Assembly: GCA_964016885.1 (NCBI GenBank) | Contig: OZ024752.1 | Coordinates: 40,610,001 to 40,674,000 of the forward strand | Length of the DNA: 64,000 nt | Direction of reading: 5' to 3' | Origin: Eledone cirrhosa | Taxonomy: Eukaryota | Shown here: positions 42,235 through 55,799 of the stretch, piece after piece | Position numbering within the stretch: position 1 is the first letter of the stretch | Layout of the letters: every line of letters begins with the position of its first letter | Translations under genes and position numbers: made by a program | The notes under the pieces: generated by a model | The model's database searches: none | Told to the model about the DNA's origin: nothing | Seen by the model: the letters and a program-made list of their open reading frames with translations, nothing else

Positions 42235-42543
42235 GTTCTTCTTTTTGGTAAATATCATCTTGGTTAAGAGAGTGGGACTGGCTTTGTGCAGTGCCTTTGC
42301 TCACTATAAAAGCTTCACGGCACAGGCATTGCTTTATATCTGGAGATCTCTCTGCTCTTGTCGTCACATGGTACCATGGGCCCAGTACTATGTATCAGTA
42401 ATTGTCACAAGTGTAGTGTTTGTACCAGAGTTTTCAAGTCGCTGGCTGGACTAAAAAGTCACACTCGTTCAACGCATCGGTAAGGGTTCTCCTACATGGA
42501 TATAAAGTAGTGGCCGTACTCGAAAACGAGTTGGCAGCCACCA
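42235..42543 (+). mobile_element. 5'-truncated copy of the same RTE-derived element
   Basis: Near-identical to 41650-41955; (TATG)n on both sides. Confidence 0.8.
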
Positions 42544-43010
42544 TGTATGTATGTATGCATATATGTATATACGTATGTATAAATTAATGTATGTATGTAT
42601 GTATGTATGTATGTATGTATGTATGTATGTATGTATGTATGAATATGTGTGCGTCTGTGACATGTGAATCATACACACACATTACTCATCTTCTCTTACA
42701 CCTGTATTCTATCTTTTACACTATCTTCCTCTTCCGTCCCCTTTCTACAGCATCACACAGATTTACAAGGGTTTTATTCGTTGTATTTAAGTAGCAGGCT
42801 ATAAACAACATTTATTGTATTGATACGTGAACACTTGAATCAATAAATCAATAGAGAAGGTGATAAAGAGGGTGATGGTGTAGTCCAATAACCAGCTGTC
42901 CTTCGAGTGAATTCGTTGACGTGTGTATAAGTAAGTGTAAAGTTGTCCACATATGTATCTAAGAGTACACATGTAAACATATGCGTGTAATTGTCAGCGG
43001 TATATATATA

Positions 43011-43345
43011 CGAGGGTCAACAGAAAAGTTCTTACGCTGACCAAGATACTCTCATGGAATGACCAAATGTGGTTTATTTTTCAACATAGTCTCTGGAACA
43101 ATGCAGTTATTAATAAGAAGATTTGAAATTAATGTATGCAAGATTTCACAGCTCAAGCATCACTCCTTCATAGGCTGACCAAGATACTCTCATGGAATGA
43201 CCAAATGTGGTTTATTTTTCAACATAGTCCCTAGAAAGAAACAATACAGTTATTAATAAGAAAAGTTGAAATTAATGCATGCAAGATTTCACAGCCTTAG
43301 CTTCACTTCTTCATAGACAGCCTATGAATTTTTCACTCCCCCTCG
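43011..43345. mobile_element. Complete mariner-type MITE with internal tandem dimer
   Basis: TA|CGAGGG..GAAAAGTTC..GCTG at the left, CAGCCTATGAATTTTTC..CCCTCG|TA at the right; TA target duplication. Confidence 0.75.
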
Positions 43346-43348
43346 TAT

Positions 43349-43487
<139 letters not shown>

Positions 43488-43513
43488 GCTATATAGCTAT
43501 ATATATATCTATA

Positions 43514-43544
<31 letters not shown>

Positions 43545-43612
43545 CTATATATCTATAGCTATATCTATATCTATATATCTATAGCTATATATATCTATCT
43601 ATCTATCTATAG

Positions 43613-44875
43613 CTGCAACTCGGAACGTGGAGAGGCAAACCGATGCCTCCTAACGGTGTCGTCGGACACTGGACGGAGGGCCCGGTAAAGTTGCTTGGGG
43701 TCTGGTTTGGACCGGACCTCCAGGTGGAAAAGAACTGGAACGAGGTTACGAACAAGGTGTTTGCACTAACCCAGAAATGGGCCAAGTGTAAGCTGTCCCT
43801 AAAAGGCCGGGCGGAGGTGGCGAACATTTACATAGCGTCCGTCACTTACTACCGCCTGACTGTCGTGCCTTGCCCTAAGGAAACACTCACCACCATGGAA
43901 CGCATGCTCTTCCAATTTCTTTGGAAGAAGCGTCCTCCTATGGTGAGAAGATCCATCTGCTGCCAACAACCTTCGAAAGGAGGGCTGGGGATGCCGTGGT
44001 TGATGATGCGTAGGCACGCATTAAGGCTACGGCACCTACAGGTATTCCTCACTGGTCAACCGGTGTGGGCTCCGTTCGTGAAACGAGCCTTTCCGAGACT
44101 CGTCTCACTCACCGAGCTACAGTCCTGGGTCAAGCAAAGATCCGGAAAACTGGGAGACTGGCACACTGAGTGTGCTCAGGCGCTCAGGGCTCTCTGGCAA
44201 GCGGGCCGGGCCATCGGTGGAGAATCCACCTCATCATTCTATAGAGGGCTGGTGGCTAGCAGGGGCGATGACACCCTTGGAGAGTCGCTGGACATGGAAG
44301 AAGACGAACTGGCCAGCCTGTTCGGTAGGACTTTCGGCCCAGGACCAATGGACAACTTCCAGAAGTCACTGGCCTGGCAGTGCTACCGAGGGGCTCTACC
44401 CGTTCGAGAGAGGCTCTACAGACACGGGCGCCCGGGCAGGGATCCCTCAAAAAAGATTTGCCCTAGATGCGTGCGTCACGAAGAAACCGTAGCGCACGCA
44501 TTGGTGCAATGTCCGGGCGTGGCTGATCTGTGGGGCTACGCCGAACAACTGCTGTCGCGGGTGGCGCCGATTAAATTGACCGCCGAGTCCGTGATGACAA
44601 TCAAACCGCCTCCCCTCTTCACAAAGGAAGCAAAGGCGGTTTTTCTGTGCGTAATAGCCATGTTGAAAGAGGTTGTTTGGTGGACACGATTGAAAGGTCT
44701 GAGGTCAGGCAACTTCCTCTCTGGCCATAGTCTGGTCTACTTCTTCCGATATCACTTCGGAAGAAGGATAAGAATGGAGAGAGAGGTGCTTGGCCACAGG
44801 CAGTTTTATGAAAGGTGGGTGATAGTGGCGAGAATGGCTCGTGTAAATGGGCCTTCTCTGTATACCATCCTGTAG
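43613..44875 (+). CDS. C-terminal part of Tx1/L1-clade LINE ORF2 (end of RT, thumb, zf-RVT zinc-binding region); 5'-truncated
   Basis: VKLLGVWFG..NW..W..KLSLKGRAEVAN..S..YRL; GGLG; CPRC..EETVAHALVQCP CCHC motif; frame open from 43613; high GC against background. Confidence 0.9.
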   Translation: MQLGTWRGKPMPPNGVVGHWTEGPVKLLGVWFGPDLQVEKNWNEVTNKVFALTQKWAKCKLSLKGRAEVANIYIASVTYYRLTVVPCPKETLTTMERMLFQFLWKKRPPMVRRSICCQQPSKGGLGMPWLMMRRHALRLRHLQVFLTGQPVWAPFVKRAFPRLVSLTELQSWVKQRSGKLGDWHTECAQALRALWQAGRAIGGESTSSFYRGLVASRGDDTLGESLDMEEDELASLFGRTFGPGPMDNFQKSLAWQCYRGALPVRERLYRHGRPGRDPSKKICPRCVRHEETVAHALVQCPGVADLWGYAEQLLSRVAPIKLTAESVMTIKPPPLFTKEAKAVFLCVIAMLKEVVWWTRLKGLRSGNFLSGHSLVYFFRYHFGRRIRMEREVLGHRQFYERWVIVARMARVNGPSLYTIL

Positions 44876-45090
44876 GTAAAGAAGTAAAGGAGAGGGGAGC
44901 ACCTTCTCCATGTGCTCCCCGGGCAAAGGATTGCACACTTTTTCGGGGGTGTGTGCAACCCCCATCACGTCCCCTCCCTTTTGAGGTTATTTTCGATTAT
45001 TTTCATGTTACACCCTTTTTACTCGATTATATGTAAACTCCCCCTTTGTATTTGTCCCTTCTTTTTATGCCTTTATGGTAAATAAAGAAA
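43613..45090 (+). mobile_element. 5'-truncated Tx1-like LINE inserted in (TATC)n
   Basis: 3'UTR with AATAAA at 45081 followed by (TATC)n; (TATC)n also at the 5' junction. Confidence 0.85.
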
Positions 45091-45117
45091 TCTATCTATC
45101 TATCTATCTATCTATAG

Positions 45118-45151
<34 letters not shown>

Positions 45152-45237
45152 GGTGAGTAATATTGTAGAACAATAAAACTATGCATATATCAGATAAGTA
45201 GCACTCAACAGTTGGTAGAACTGGAGTATATATAATA

Positions 45238-45319
45238 AAGATGAAATAAAAATGGTTATAAGAGTTCCATATATTTTATAAAATATATGGAACTCTTATA
45301 ACAATCTTTATTTCATCTT
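45238..45319. repeat. About 40-bp-arm palindrome in a TA-associated element
   Basis: TTATAAGAGTTCCATATATTTTA/TAAAATATATGGAACTCTTATAA. Confidence 0.8.
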
Positions 45320-45348
45320 AAATGATACACACACACACATACACACAC

Positions 45349-45381
<33 letters not shown>

Positions 45382-45418
45382 CACTTGTATATGCCTGTAT
45401 GTATCTATATCTATGTAT

Positions 45419-45521
<103 letters not shown>

Positions 45522-45702
45522 GCGGCGGATTAACGATCGCACATTGAAAATTATTTGTTCACCAGAGGCAAGAATATTTCGATCACAAGTTATTGCAAGT
45601 ATTGATAACCCTAAATAACTTACCCTAAAGTTATTTCTGCCGAGGAATAATAACTCGCTAACCTATCCACAACCTTACCATCCCAACCCCTAATTTATCT
45701 AC

Positions 45703-46180
45703 CTATTTGTCCCCTTCTTTTGTGCCCTTGTGGCTAATAAAGAAATTTATCTATCTCTCTATCTATCTATCGGCCAGCAACTGATTCTTTTTTTCAAATA
45801 CCACTTTGGAAGAAGAGTCAGGATGGAGAGAGAGGTGCTGTACCCCAGCAAATTTTTATGAAAGGTGGGTGAAAGTGGCGAGAATGGCCCGAGTGAATGG
45901 GCCTTCTCTCTATATCAGCCTATAGGTTGAGGAAAAAGAGGAGGAGAGGAAAGGAGTACAAACTCTTCGTACTCCTGGAGATGAGGGTTGCACATTTTTT
46001 TTCGGGGGTATGTGTTACCCATATCTAATGTCTCCCCCTAATGTGGGAAAATCGACTAATTTTTAAATTGCATTTGTGATAATATTTTACACGTTTTTAT
46101 TGTATGTAAACTTCCCCCTTTGTATTTGTCCCCTTCTTTTGTGCCCCTGTGGCTAATAAAGAAACATATCTATCTCTCTA

Positions 46181-46221
<41 letters not shown>

Positions 46222-46420
46222 CACTCTTGGTGCTCCTGGAGATGAGGGTTGTACATTTTTTCGGGGTGTGTACAACCCCTGTGTAACGCCTCCCCCCCCC
46301 TATTGGGGATTTCAATTGTTATTTGTTATTTTATTAATAGTTTTATTTTCATATACCTGTATGTAAACTCCCCATTTGTATTTGTCCCCTTCTTTTGTGC
46401 CCTTGTTGCTAACAAAGAAA
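45703..46420 (+). mobile_element. Three further 3' fragments of related Tx1-like LINEs (about 45703-45745, 45772-46165, 46221-46420)
   Basis: Each ends TTTGTCCCCTTCTTTTGTGCCCYTGTKGCTAAYAAAGAAA followed by TATC repeats; the middle one has a frameshifted ORF2 end. Confidence 0.85.
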
Positions 46421-46850
46421 TATATCTATCAAGCTATTTACATAGCAATGCCCTTTCTAATCAATCTATTTTTCCATACATTTAACTGACCTAGCCAACT
46501 TCCACCCTTTGGCCAAATAAATACATTGTAATAGTAGAAATAAGCTAGGTTTATTGGATAGCACAAATTACGTCTATTTGTACAGACGAAGCAAAACGTA
46601 GAGACGGAACGAAGGAGCGGAAGGAAGAGGGGAATGAGGGGGGGGGTCATGAGTGTAGCGGAGGGGTGTGACAGGAGGGAAGGGGAGGGGTGTGACAGGA
46701 TGGGTAGAGTAGATAGTGTAGGAATGAAGCAGAGGAGGAGGCTGAGATGATATTGTAGTAGAGTGTATGTATGTATGTGTGTGAGAGAGGGAGATATAGA
46801 CAGATATAGACAGATAGAGACAGATAGATTGGGTGGGGGTGGGGGAGGTG

Positions 46851-46888
<38 letters not shown>

Positions 46889-47088
46889 GAGAGAAAGAGA
46901 GGGGGATAGAGATAGATAGATAGATAGATAGATAGAGAGAGAGGGAGAGATAGAGATAGACATAAAGATATATATATATATATATATATACATACACACA
47001 CACACATATATATATACATATATTCATATACACACACATGTATATATATATATATATATATGCATGTATATATATATATATATATGCA

Positions 47089-47128
<40 letters not shown>

Positions 47129-47268
47129 CATACATATATATATATATATACACATATATATATATATATATATATACATACATATATATATATCTTATAC
47201 AGAGACAGAGAGAGAGCGAGAGGGAGAGACATATATATATATAGAGAGAGAGAGAGGGGGAGAGACAG

Positions 47269-47299
<31 letters not shown>

Positions 47300-47959
47300 A
47301 AGAGAGTGAGAGAGAGAATGGGTGGTGTAGAATAATATAGGGAGAGCTGAAATTTACCAACTCACACGTCCGATATAAAAGAGCGCCTCTATGTTACAGC
47401 AAGCAAATTAAGTGTCCGTTCCATATTGCAATGGAAGCTCTATATATGTACACTTGAACCATGAAACAAAGCGTGTCGCTTTTACTTCATTCTTTTCCTT
47501 CCTTCCTCTTGCTTTTCCTTCCTCTTCTCACTTCCTATTTATCTTCCGTCCATTCAGTTTTTGTCGCACTCATTTCCTTTGCAACAGTCGTGTTTCTTTC
47601 CACCGGTAGTTGTTGTATTTTTGTTTTTATATATATCACCTTTTTGCTTTATCGTCTGCTTTCTCTGACTCCCCTTGATCTTTCTTGCTCTTCCTTGATA
47701 CAACATACTCTCTTTCCTCATTTCTTTCTCTCTCTCCCTGTCTCTCCCCCTGTCTCTCCCTGCCTCTTCCTTCGCCCCTTTCTTTCTTAATTCTCGTATA
47801 TTATCATCACTTTCGTCCATTTTCCTTCTCCCTTTTCCGCCCCCTCTCTCTGTTATTCAACACTTCACCCATCGGTTTTACTCGTCTAAATTCAATATCT
47901 CTGTCTCTATTCTCCATATCTACACTTCCTTTACCAACAATCATCTTACCATACACACT

Positions 47960-48041
<82 letters not shown>

Positions 48042-48151
48042 GTTGTTTAATTTCATTCCTCTCCATCTTTATTTCCTCCAATCTTTACTTCATCCAAATA
48101 CGTTCAAGGCCATTATTTGACGTAAGGCTTCGACTTTCTCTTGTGTTTCAG

Positions 48152-48244
48152 AAACAATAGCAAAGGTACGCTGTTTAAACGATGTTTTCCGTATTCTGCG
48201 ATGTCTACCGCAGGCTACAAGAAAACAGAGAAACCTATACTGCT
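48152..48244 (+). CDS. Candidate 93-nt internal exon of an unknown host gene
   Basis: CTTTCTCTTGTGTTTCAG acceptor, GTAAGT donor, length 3n, two frames open; no recognisable homology. Confidence 0.25.
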
Positions 48245-48412
48245 GTAAGTTTTCATATTCTACTGTGTTAGTTTGTGAAGCTATATACATGCATACATAC
48301 ATTCATACATGTGTGTGAATATGTGTATGCGTGAATATATATAAATGTATATGCAAATATGTATGTATATATATATATATATATTCTTGCTAAAACAATC
48401 TCTATACCTCTC

Positions 48413-48495
<83 letters not shown>

Positions 48496-48523
48496 GGAAA
48501 AGAGTCAGGTCTGTATGTGTGGC

Positions 48524-48556
<33 letters not shown>

Positions 48557-48696
48557 TAAAAACATGCGCACACACACACACATATATATATATATAAATG
48601 TATATATACATATATATCAGTCTTATTAGTTCCCCCCATTCTACATGGGACAAGGGGCAACGAAAGATCTCCACCCAGTGCTGTCACCAGCCCTAT

Positions 48697-49200
48697 CAGA
48701 ATCTGTTCCTTCAGCTGAACTGTCCTTTACTTCCAGAATCTGGTCCTTCAGCTGAACTGTCCTTTACCTCCAGAATCTGGTCCTCCAGTTGAACTGTCCA
48801 TATACCTCCAGAATCTGGTCCTTTAGCTGAACTGTCCTTTACCTCCAGAATCTAGTCCTCCAGTTGAACTGTCCATATACCTCCAGAATCTGGTCCTTTA
48901 GTTGAACTGTCCTTTACCTCCAGAATCTGGTCCTCCAGTTGAACTGTCCATATACCTCCAGAATCTGGTCCTCCAGTTGAACTGTCCTTTACCTCCAGGA
49001 TCTGGTCCTCCAGTGGAACTGTCCATATACCTCCAGAATCTGGTCCTTTAGCTGAACTGTCCTTTACCTCCAGAATCTGGTCCTCCAGTTGAACTGTCCA
49101 TATACCTCCAGAATCTGGTCCTTTAGCTGAACTGTCCATATACCTCCAGAATCTGGTCCTCCAGTTGAACTGTCCATATACCTCCAGAATCTGGTCCTCT
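48697..49200. repeat. 37/38-bp alternating minisatellite (75-bp dimer)
   Basis: CCAGAATCTGGTCCTCCAGTTGAACTGTCCATATACCT alternating with the ...TTTAGCTGAACTGTCCTTTACCT unit. Confidence 0.9.
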
Positions 49201-49839
49201 TGTTGAATTGGTTGCTGCCATACCTCTCCACTTATTCACACTTTCACCTTTTCATTGCTGATCCCCAAACACAGCCCTTGAGCTTCTGTTGTTGACACTG
49301 GTGATCTTAGTTTGCATTATCGTAAATACTTGTTAAACAGTTTATTCTTTCAGGCTTTAATTTGCCACAAGTTTTTCACTAGAAATGTATTTATTTCAAT
49401 CTAAAATACTGAAGATCTGATATAAAACTAAAGAGAATGATTAATGATGGCAAATCATTTATTAATTCGAACTTTGCCTTTCATCCTTACGGGGTCAATA
49501 AAATAAAGTACCAGTAATACACTGGGTATTTGCTGGCCTTGTGCCTAACGTAGAAACAATTATTAATTCGCTATAAAATTTTGAAATTTCAACGCTAAAT
49601 ATATGGATTTATAATAGCTTTCCTGTTCCGACGTTCTCTCATAGTTAAAGTGTTTAAAATGGATATTGAATTTTATGCTTAAATAATGTGAATGTTTGTC
49701 TTTGTGTGAGCTGATATTTCATGCTTGTGTAGGACTATGTCTATTTTATAGTAAAGGCATAGTGATAGGAAAAAGAAGTGGTACATAACACACATTCTTT
49801 GAAACACACACCAGAGACAATTATATAAAACCCCTTTAT

Positions 49840-50030
49840 AGGCGGTGGATTGGCAGTATCGGTAGAGGGTCGGACGCCATGCTTTGACGCATAGAGTTAC
49901 GGTCCTTGCCATTCTGAGTTCAAATCCCGCCGAGGTTTACTTTGCCTTTCATCCCTACGGGGGTCGATAAAATAAAGTACCAGTAATGCACTGGGTAATT
50001 GCTGGCCTTGTGCCAAAAGTAGAAACAATT
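49840..50030 (+). mobile_element. Meta-domain SINE with target-site duplication (a 3' fragment also at 49470-49563)
   Basis: ACAATTATATAAAACCCCTTTA on both sides. Confidence 0.9.
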
Positions 50031-50267
50031 ATATAAAACCCCTTTAAAGGCTTCTGCTTATGATGGTACGAAAATATATTTCAAAACAATTTATATTCAC
50101 GTACAGAATTAGCTTTAAAATGCCTATTCTTTTGTTATTTTACTAGTTAACATGATTAGATGGCGTTCATCTTGAGTTTCAAAGATTTTATCAAATAAAT
50201 CGGCCCCAGTACATCGTCTAGTACTAACCTTACTAATATATGTTTATTGAATGGTTACCTTTAGGTA

Positions 50268-50445
50268 GTGGAGGAGCGTGGCCTAGTGGTAAGGGTGTTG
50301 GACTTACGATCAAAATGGACTGGGTTGTGGGTTGTGTTCTTGAGCAAAACACTTCATTTCACGTTGCTCCAGTATACTCAGCTGAAAATAAGTATCAGCA
50401 ATAGTGATGGACTGACGGGTAAGCACCGGCCTGATGAGCTTCAGA
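50268..50445 (+). mobile_element. Degenerate CORE/V-like SINE whose tail seeds the satellite
   Basis: GTGGCCTAGTGG A box, TTCTTGAGCAAAACACTTCATTTCACGTTGCTCCAG, tail AAGCACCGGCCTGATGAGC. Confidence 0.65.
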
Positions 50446-53400
50446 CCTGATCAATCTCCGGTTTGATCAGTCTCCGGTCTAATGAGTCTCAGACCTGATC
50501 AGCCTCAGACCTGATGAGCCGCAGACCTGATGAGCCTCAAACCTGATGAGCCTCAGACCTGATGAGCCTCAGACCTGATGAGCTTCAGACCTGATGAGCT
50601 TCAGACCTGATCAGTCTCAGACCTGATCAGCCTCAGACCTGACGAGCCTCAGAGCTGATGATCCACTGATCTGATCAGCCTCAGACCTAATCAGCCTCAG
50701 ACCTGATCAGTCTCAGACCTGATGAGCCTCAGACCTGATCAACCTCAGATCTGATCAGCCTCCAACCTGATCAGTCTCCGGTCTAATGAGCCATTAGACC
50801 TAATGAGCCTCCGGTCTGATGAGTCTCCGGTCTAATGAGCCTCAGATCTGATGAGGCTTAGACCTGATCAGTCTCCGGTCTAATGAGCCTCAGACCTAAT
50901 GAGCCCTTGATCTGATCAGTCTCCGGTCTAATGAGCCTCAGACCTAATGAGCCCTTGATCTGATCAGTCTCCGGTCTAATGAGCCTCAGATCTAATGAGC
51001 CCTTGATCTGATCAATCTCCGGTCTAATGAGCCTCAGACCTAATGAGCCCTTGGTCTGATCAGTCTCAGGTCTAATGAGCCTCAGACCTAATGAGCCCTT
51101 GATCTGATCAGTCTCCGGTCTAATGAGCCTCAGACCTAATGAGCCCTTGATCTGATCAGTCTCCGGTCTAATGAGCCTCAGACCTAATGAGCCCTTGATC
51201 TGATCAGTCTCCGGTCTAATGAGCCTCAGACCTAATGAGCCCTTGATCTGATCAATCTCCGGTCTAATGAGCCTCAGACCTAATGAGCCCTTGATCTGAT
51301 CAGTCTCAGGTCTAATGAGCCTCAGACCTAATGAGCCCTTGATCTGATCAGTCTCAGGTCTAATGAGCCTCAGACCTAATGAGCCCTTGATCTGATCAAT
51401 CTCCGGTCTAATGAGCCTCAGACCTAATGAGCCCTTGATCTGATCAGTCTCAGGTCTAATGAGCCTCAGACCTAATGAGCCCTTGATCTAATCAGTCTCC
51501 TGTCTAATGAGCCTCAGACCTAATGAGCCCTTGATCTGATCAATCTCCGGTCTAATGAGCCTCAGACCTAATGAGCCCTTGGTCTGATCAGTCTCCGGTC
51601 TAATGAGCCTCAGACCTAATGAGCCCTTGATCTGATCAGTCTCAGGTCTAATGAGCCTCAGACCTAATGAGCCCTTGATCTGATCAATCTCCGGTCTAAT
51701 GAGCCTCAGACCTAATGAGCCCTTGATCTGATCAGTCTCAGGTCTAATGAGCCTCAGACCTAATGAGCCCTTGATCTGATCAGTCTCAGGTCTAATGAGC
51801 CTCAGACCTAATGAGCCCTTGATCTGATCAATCTCCGGTCTAATGAGCCTCAGACCTAATGAGCCCTTGGTCTGATCAGTCTCCGGTCTAATGAGCCTCA
51901 GACCTAATGAGCCCTTGATCTGATCAGTCTCAGGTCTAATGAGCCTCAGACCTAATGAGCCCTTGATCTGATCAGTCTCAGGTCTAATGAGCCTCAGACC
52001 TAATGAGCCCTTGATCTGATCAGTCTCCGGTCTAATGAGCCTCAGAGTTAATGAGCCCTTGATCTGATCAGTCTCCGGTCTAATGAGCCTAAGACCTAAT
52101 GAGCCCTTGGTCTGATCAGTCTCAGGTCTAATGAGCCTCAGACCTAATGAGCCCTTGATCTGATCAGTCTCAGGTCTAATGAGCCTCAGACCTAATGAGC
52201 CCTTGATCTGATCAGTCTCCGGTCTAATGAGCCTCAGAGTTAATGAGCCCTTGATCTGATCAGTCTCCGGTCTAATGAGCCTAAGACCTAATGAGCCCTT
52301 GGTCTGATCAGTCTCCGGTCTAATGAGCCTCAGACCTAATGAGCCCTTGATCTGATCAGTCTCAGGTCTAATGAGCCTCAGACCTAATGAGCCCTTGATC
52401 TGATCAATCTCCGGTCTAATGAGCCTCAGACCTAATGAGCCCTTGGTCTGATCAGTCTCCGGTCTAATGAGCCTCAGACCTAATGAGCCCTTGATCTGAT
52501 CAGTCTCAGGTCTAATGAGCCTCAGACCTAATGAGCCCTTGATCTGATCAGTCTCCGGTCTAATGAGCCTCAGAGTTAATGAGCCCTTGATCTGATCAGT
52601 CTCCGGTCTAATGAGCCTAAGACCTAATGAGCCCTTGGTCTGATCAGTCTCCGGTCTAATGAGCCTCAGAGTTAATGAGCCCTTGATCTGATCAATCTCC
52701 GGTCTAATGAGCCTAAGACCTAATGAGCCCTTGGTCTGATCAGTCTCTGCTCTAATGAGCCTAAGACCTAATGAGCCCTTGGTCTGATCAGTCTCTGGTC
52801 TAATGAGCCTCAGACCTAATGAGCCCTTGGTCTGATCAGTCTCCGGTCTAATGAGCCTCACCTAATGAGCCCTTGATCTAATCAGTCTCTGGTCTAATGA
52901 GCCTCAGACCTAATGAGCCCTTGGTCTGATCAGTCTCCGGTCTAATGAGCCTCACCTAATGAGCCCTTGGTCTGATCAGTCTCCGGTCTAATGAGCCTCA
53001 CCTAATGAGCCCTTGATCTAATCAGTCTCCGGTCTAATGAGCCTCACCTAATGAGCCCTTGATCTAATCAGTCTCTGGTCTAATGAGCCTCAGACCTAAT
53101 GAGCCCTTGATCTGATCAGTCTCAGGTCTAATGAGCCTCAGACCTAATGAGCCCTTGATCTAATCAGTCTCCGGTCTAATGAGCCTCAGACCTAATGAGC
53201 CCTTGATCTGATCAATCTCCGGTCTAATGAGCATCAGACCTAATGAGCCCTTGGTCTGATCAGTCTCCGGTCTAATGAGCCTCAGACCTAATGAGCCCTT
53301 GATCTGATCAGTCTCAGGTCTAATGAGCCTCAGACCTAATGAGCCCTTGATCTGATCAATCTCTGGTCTAATGAGCCTCAGACCTAATGAGCCCTTGATC

Positions 53401-55595
53401 TGATCAGTCTCAGGTCTAATGAGCCTCAGACCTAATGAGCCCTTGATCTGATCAGTCTCAGGTCTAATGAGCCTCAGACCTAATGAGCCCTTGATCTGAT
53501 CAATCTCCGGTCTAATGAGCCTCAGACCTAATGAGCCCTTGATCTGATCAGTCTCAGGTCTAATGAGCCTCAGACCTAATGAGCCCTTGATCTGATCAGT
53601 CTCAGGTCTAATGAGCCTCAGACCTAATGAGCCCTTGGTCTGATCAGTCTCCGGTCTAATGAGCCTAAGACCTAATGAGCCCTTGATCTGATCAGTCTCA
53701 GGTCTAATGAGCCTCAGACCTAATGAGCCCTTGATCTGATCAGTCTCCGGTCTAATGAGCCTCACCTAATGAGCCCTTGATCTGATCAATCTCCGGTCTA
53801 ATGAGCCTCAGACCTAATGAGCCCTTGATCTGATCAGTCTCAGGTCTAATGAGCCTCAGACCTAATGAGCCCTTGATCTGATCAGTCTCAGGTCTAATGA
53901 GCCTCAGACCTAATGAGCCCTTGGTCTGATCAGTCTCAGGTCTAATGAGCCTCAGACCTAATGAGCCCTTGGTCTGATCAGTCTCCGGTCTAATGAGCCT
54001 CAGACCTAATGAGCCCTTGGTCTGATCAGTCTCAGGTCTAATGAGCCTAAGACCTAATGAGCCCTTGATCTGATCAATCTCCGGTCTAATGAGCCTCAGA
54101 CCTAATGAGCCCTTGATCTGATCAGTCTCCGGTCTAATGAGCCTAAGACCTAATGAGCCCTTGATCTAATCAGTCTCCGGTCTAATGAGCCTAAGACCTA
54201 ATGAGCCCTTGGTCTGATCAGTCTCCGGTCTAATGAGCCTAAGACCTAATGAGCCCTTGATCTGATCAATCTCCGGTCTAATGAGCCTAAGACCTAATGA
54301 GCCCTTGGTCTGATCAGTCTCCGGTCTAATGAGCCTAAGACCTAATGAGCCCTTGGTCTGATCAGTCTCCGGTCTAATGAGCCTAAGACCTAATGAGCCC
54401 TTGATCTGATCAATCTCCGGTCTAATGAGCCTAAGACCTAATGAGCCCTTGGTCTGATCAGTCTCCGGTCTAATGAGCCTAATACCTAATGAGCCCTTGA
54501 TCTGATCAATCTCCGGTCTAATGAGCCTAAGACCTAATGAGCCCTTGGTCTGATCAGTCTCCGGTCTAATGAGCCTAAGACCTAATGAGCCCTTGATCTG
54601 ATCAATCTCCGGTCTAATGAGCCTAAGACCTAATGAGCCCTTGGTCTGATCAGTCTCTGGTCTAATGAGCCTAAGACCTAATGAGCCCTTGGTCTGATCA
54701 GTCTCTGGTCTAATGAGCCTAAGACCTAATGAGCCCTTGGTCTGATCAGTCTCTGGTCTAATGAGCCTCAGACCTAATGAGCCCTTGGTCTGATCAGTCT
54801 CCGGTCTAATGAGCCTCACCTAATGAGCCCTTGATCTAATCAGTCTCCGGTCTAATGAGCCTCACCTAATGAGCCCTTGATCTAATCAGTCTCCGGTCTA
54901 ATGAGCCTCACCTAATGAGCCCTTGATCTAATCAGTCTCTGGTCTAATGAGCCTCAGACCTAATGAGCCCTTGATCTGATCAGTCTCCGGTCTAATGAGC
55001 CTCAGACCTAATGAGCCCTTGATCTGATCAGTCTCCGGTCTAATGAGCCTCAGAGTTAATGAGCCCTTGATCTGATCAGTCTCCGGTCTAATGAGCCTCA
55101 GAGTTAATGAGCCCTTGATCTAATCAGTCTCTGGTCTAATGAGCCTCAGAGTTAATGAGCCCTTGATCTGATCAGTCTCCGGTCTAATGAGCCTCAGAGT
55201 TAATGAGCCCTTGATCTGATCAGTCTCCGGTCTAATGAGCCTCAGACCTAATGAGCCCTTGATCTGATCAGTCTCCGGTCTAATGAGCCTCAGACCTAAT
55301 GAGCCCTTGATCTGATCAGTCTCCGGTCTAATGAGCCTCAGACCTAATGAGCCCTTGATCTGATCAGTCTCCGGTCTAATGAGCCTCAGAGTTAATGAGC
55401 CCTTGATCTGATCAGTCTCCGGTCTAATGAGCTTCAGACCTAATGAGCCCTTGGTCTGATCAGTCTCCGGTCTAATGAGCCTCAGACCTAATGAGCCCTT
55501 GATCTAATCAGTCTCCGGTCTAATGAGCCTCAGACCTAATGAGCCCTTGATCTGATCAGTCTCCGGTCTAATGAGCCTCAGACCTAATGAGCATC
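50430..55595. repeat. About 5.2-kb satellite: 16-bp monomers grading into a 48-bp trimeric higher-order repeat (about 100 units)
   Basis: CTAATGAGCCCTTGAT-CTGATCAGTCTCCGGT-CTAATGAGCCTCAGAC; 16-aa antisense ORF period. Confidence 0.95.
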
Positions 55596-55799
55596 CGGCC
55601 ATATAATCCAGAGATTAGACAGACCCTTAGGTAGTTACCTCACTTTGCAATATGTATGGGCAGGTAACTCCTGGTTGAGTGGTGACAACACTGAAGTGAC
55701 ATACGGCGTTTCTTGGACATTTTGTTTAAACTTCACAGCGACCATCTTTTCTCTAGGTCTGGATAGGACCAATTTCTTCTAGAGTAAAGAGAGTGATGG

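Noticed and set aside
50430-50730. Repeated CTGATGAG resembling the hammerhead core
   Set aside because: No GAAA box or stems follow; it derives from the SINE tail.
51488-54819. RLIRPETDQIKGSLGL repeat ORFs
   Set aside because: Antisense reading of the 48-bp satellite; broken by 2-bp deletions and stops.
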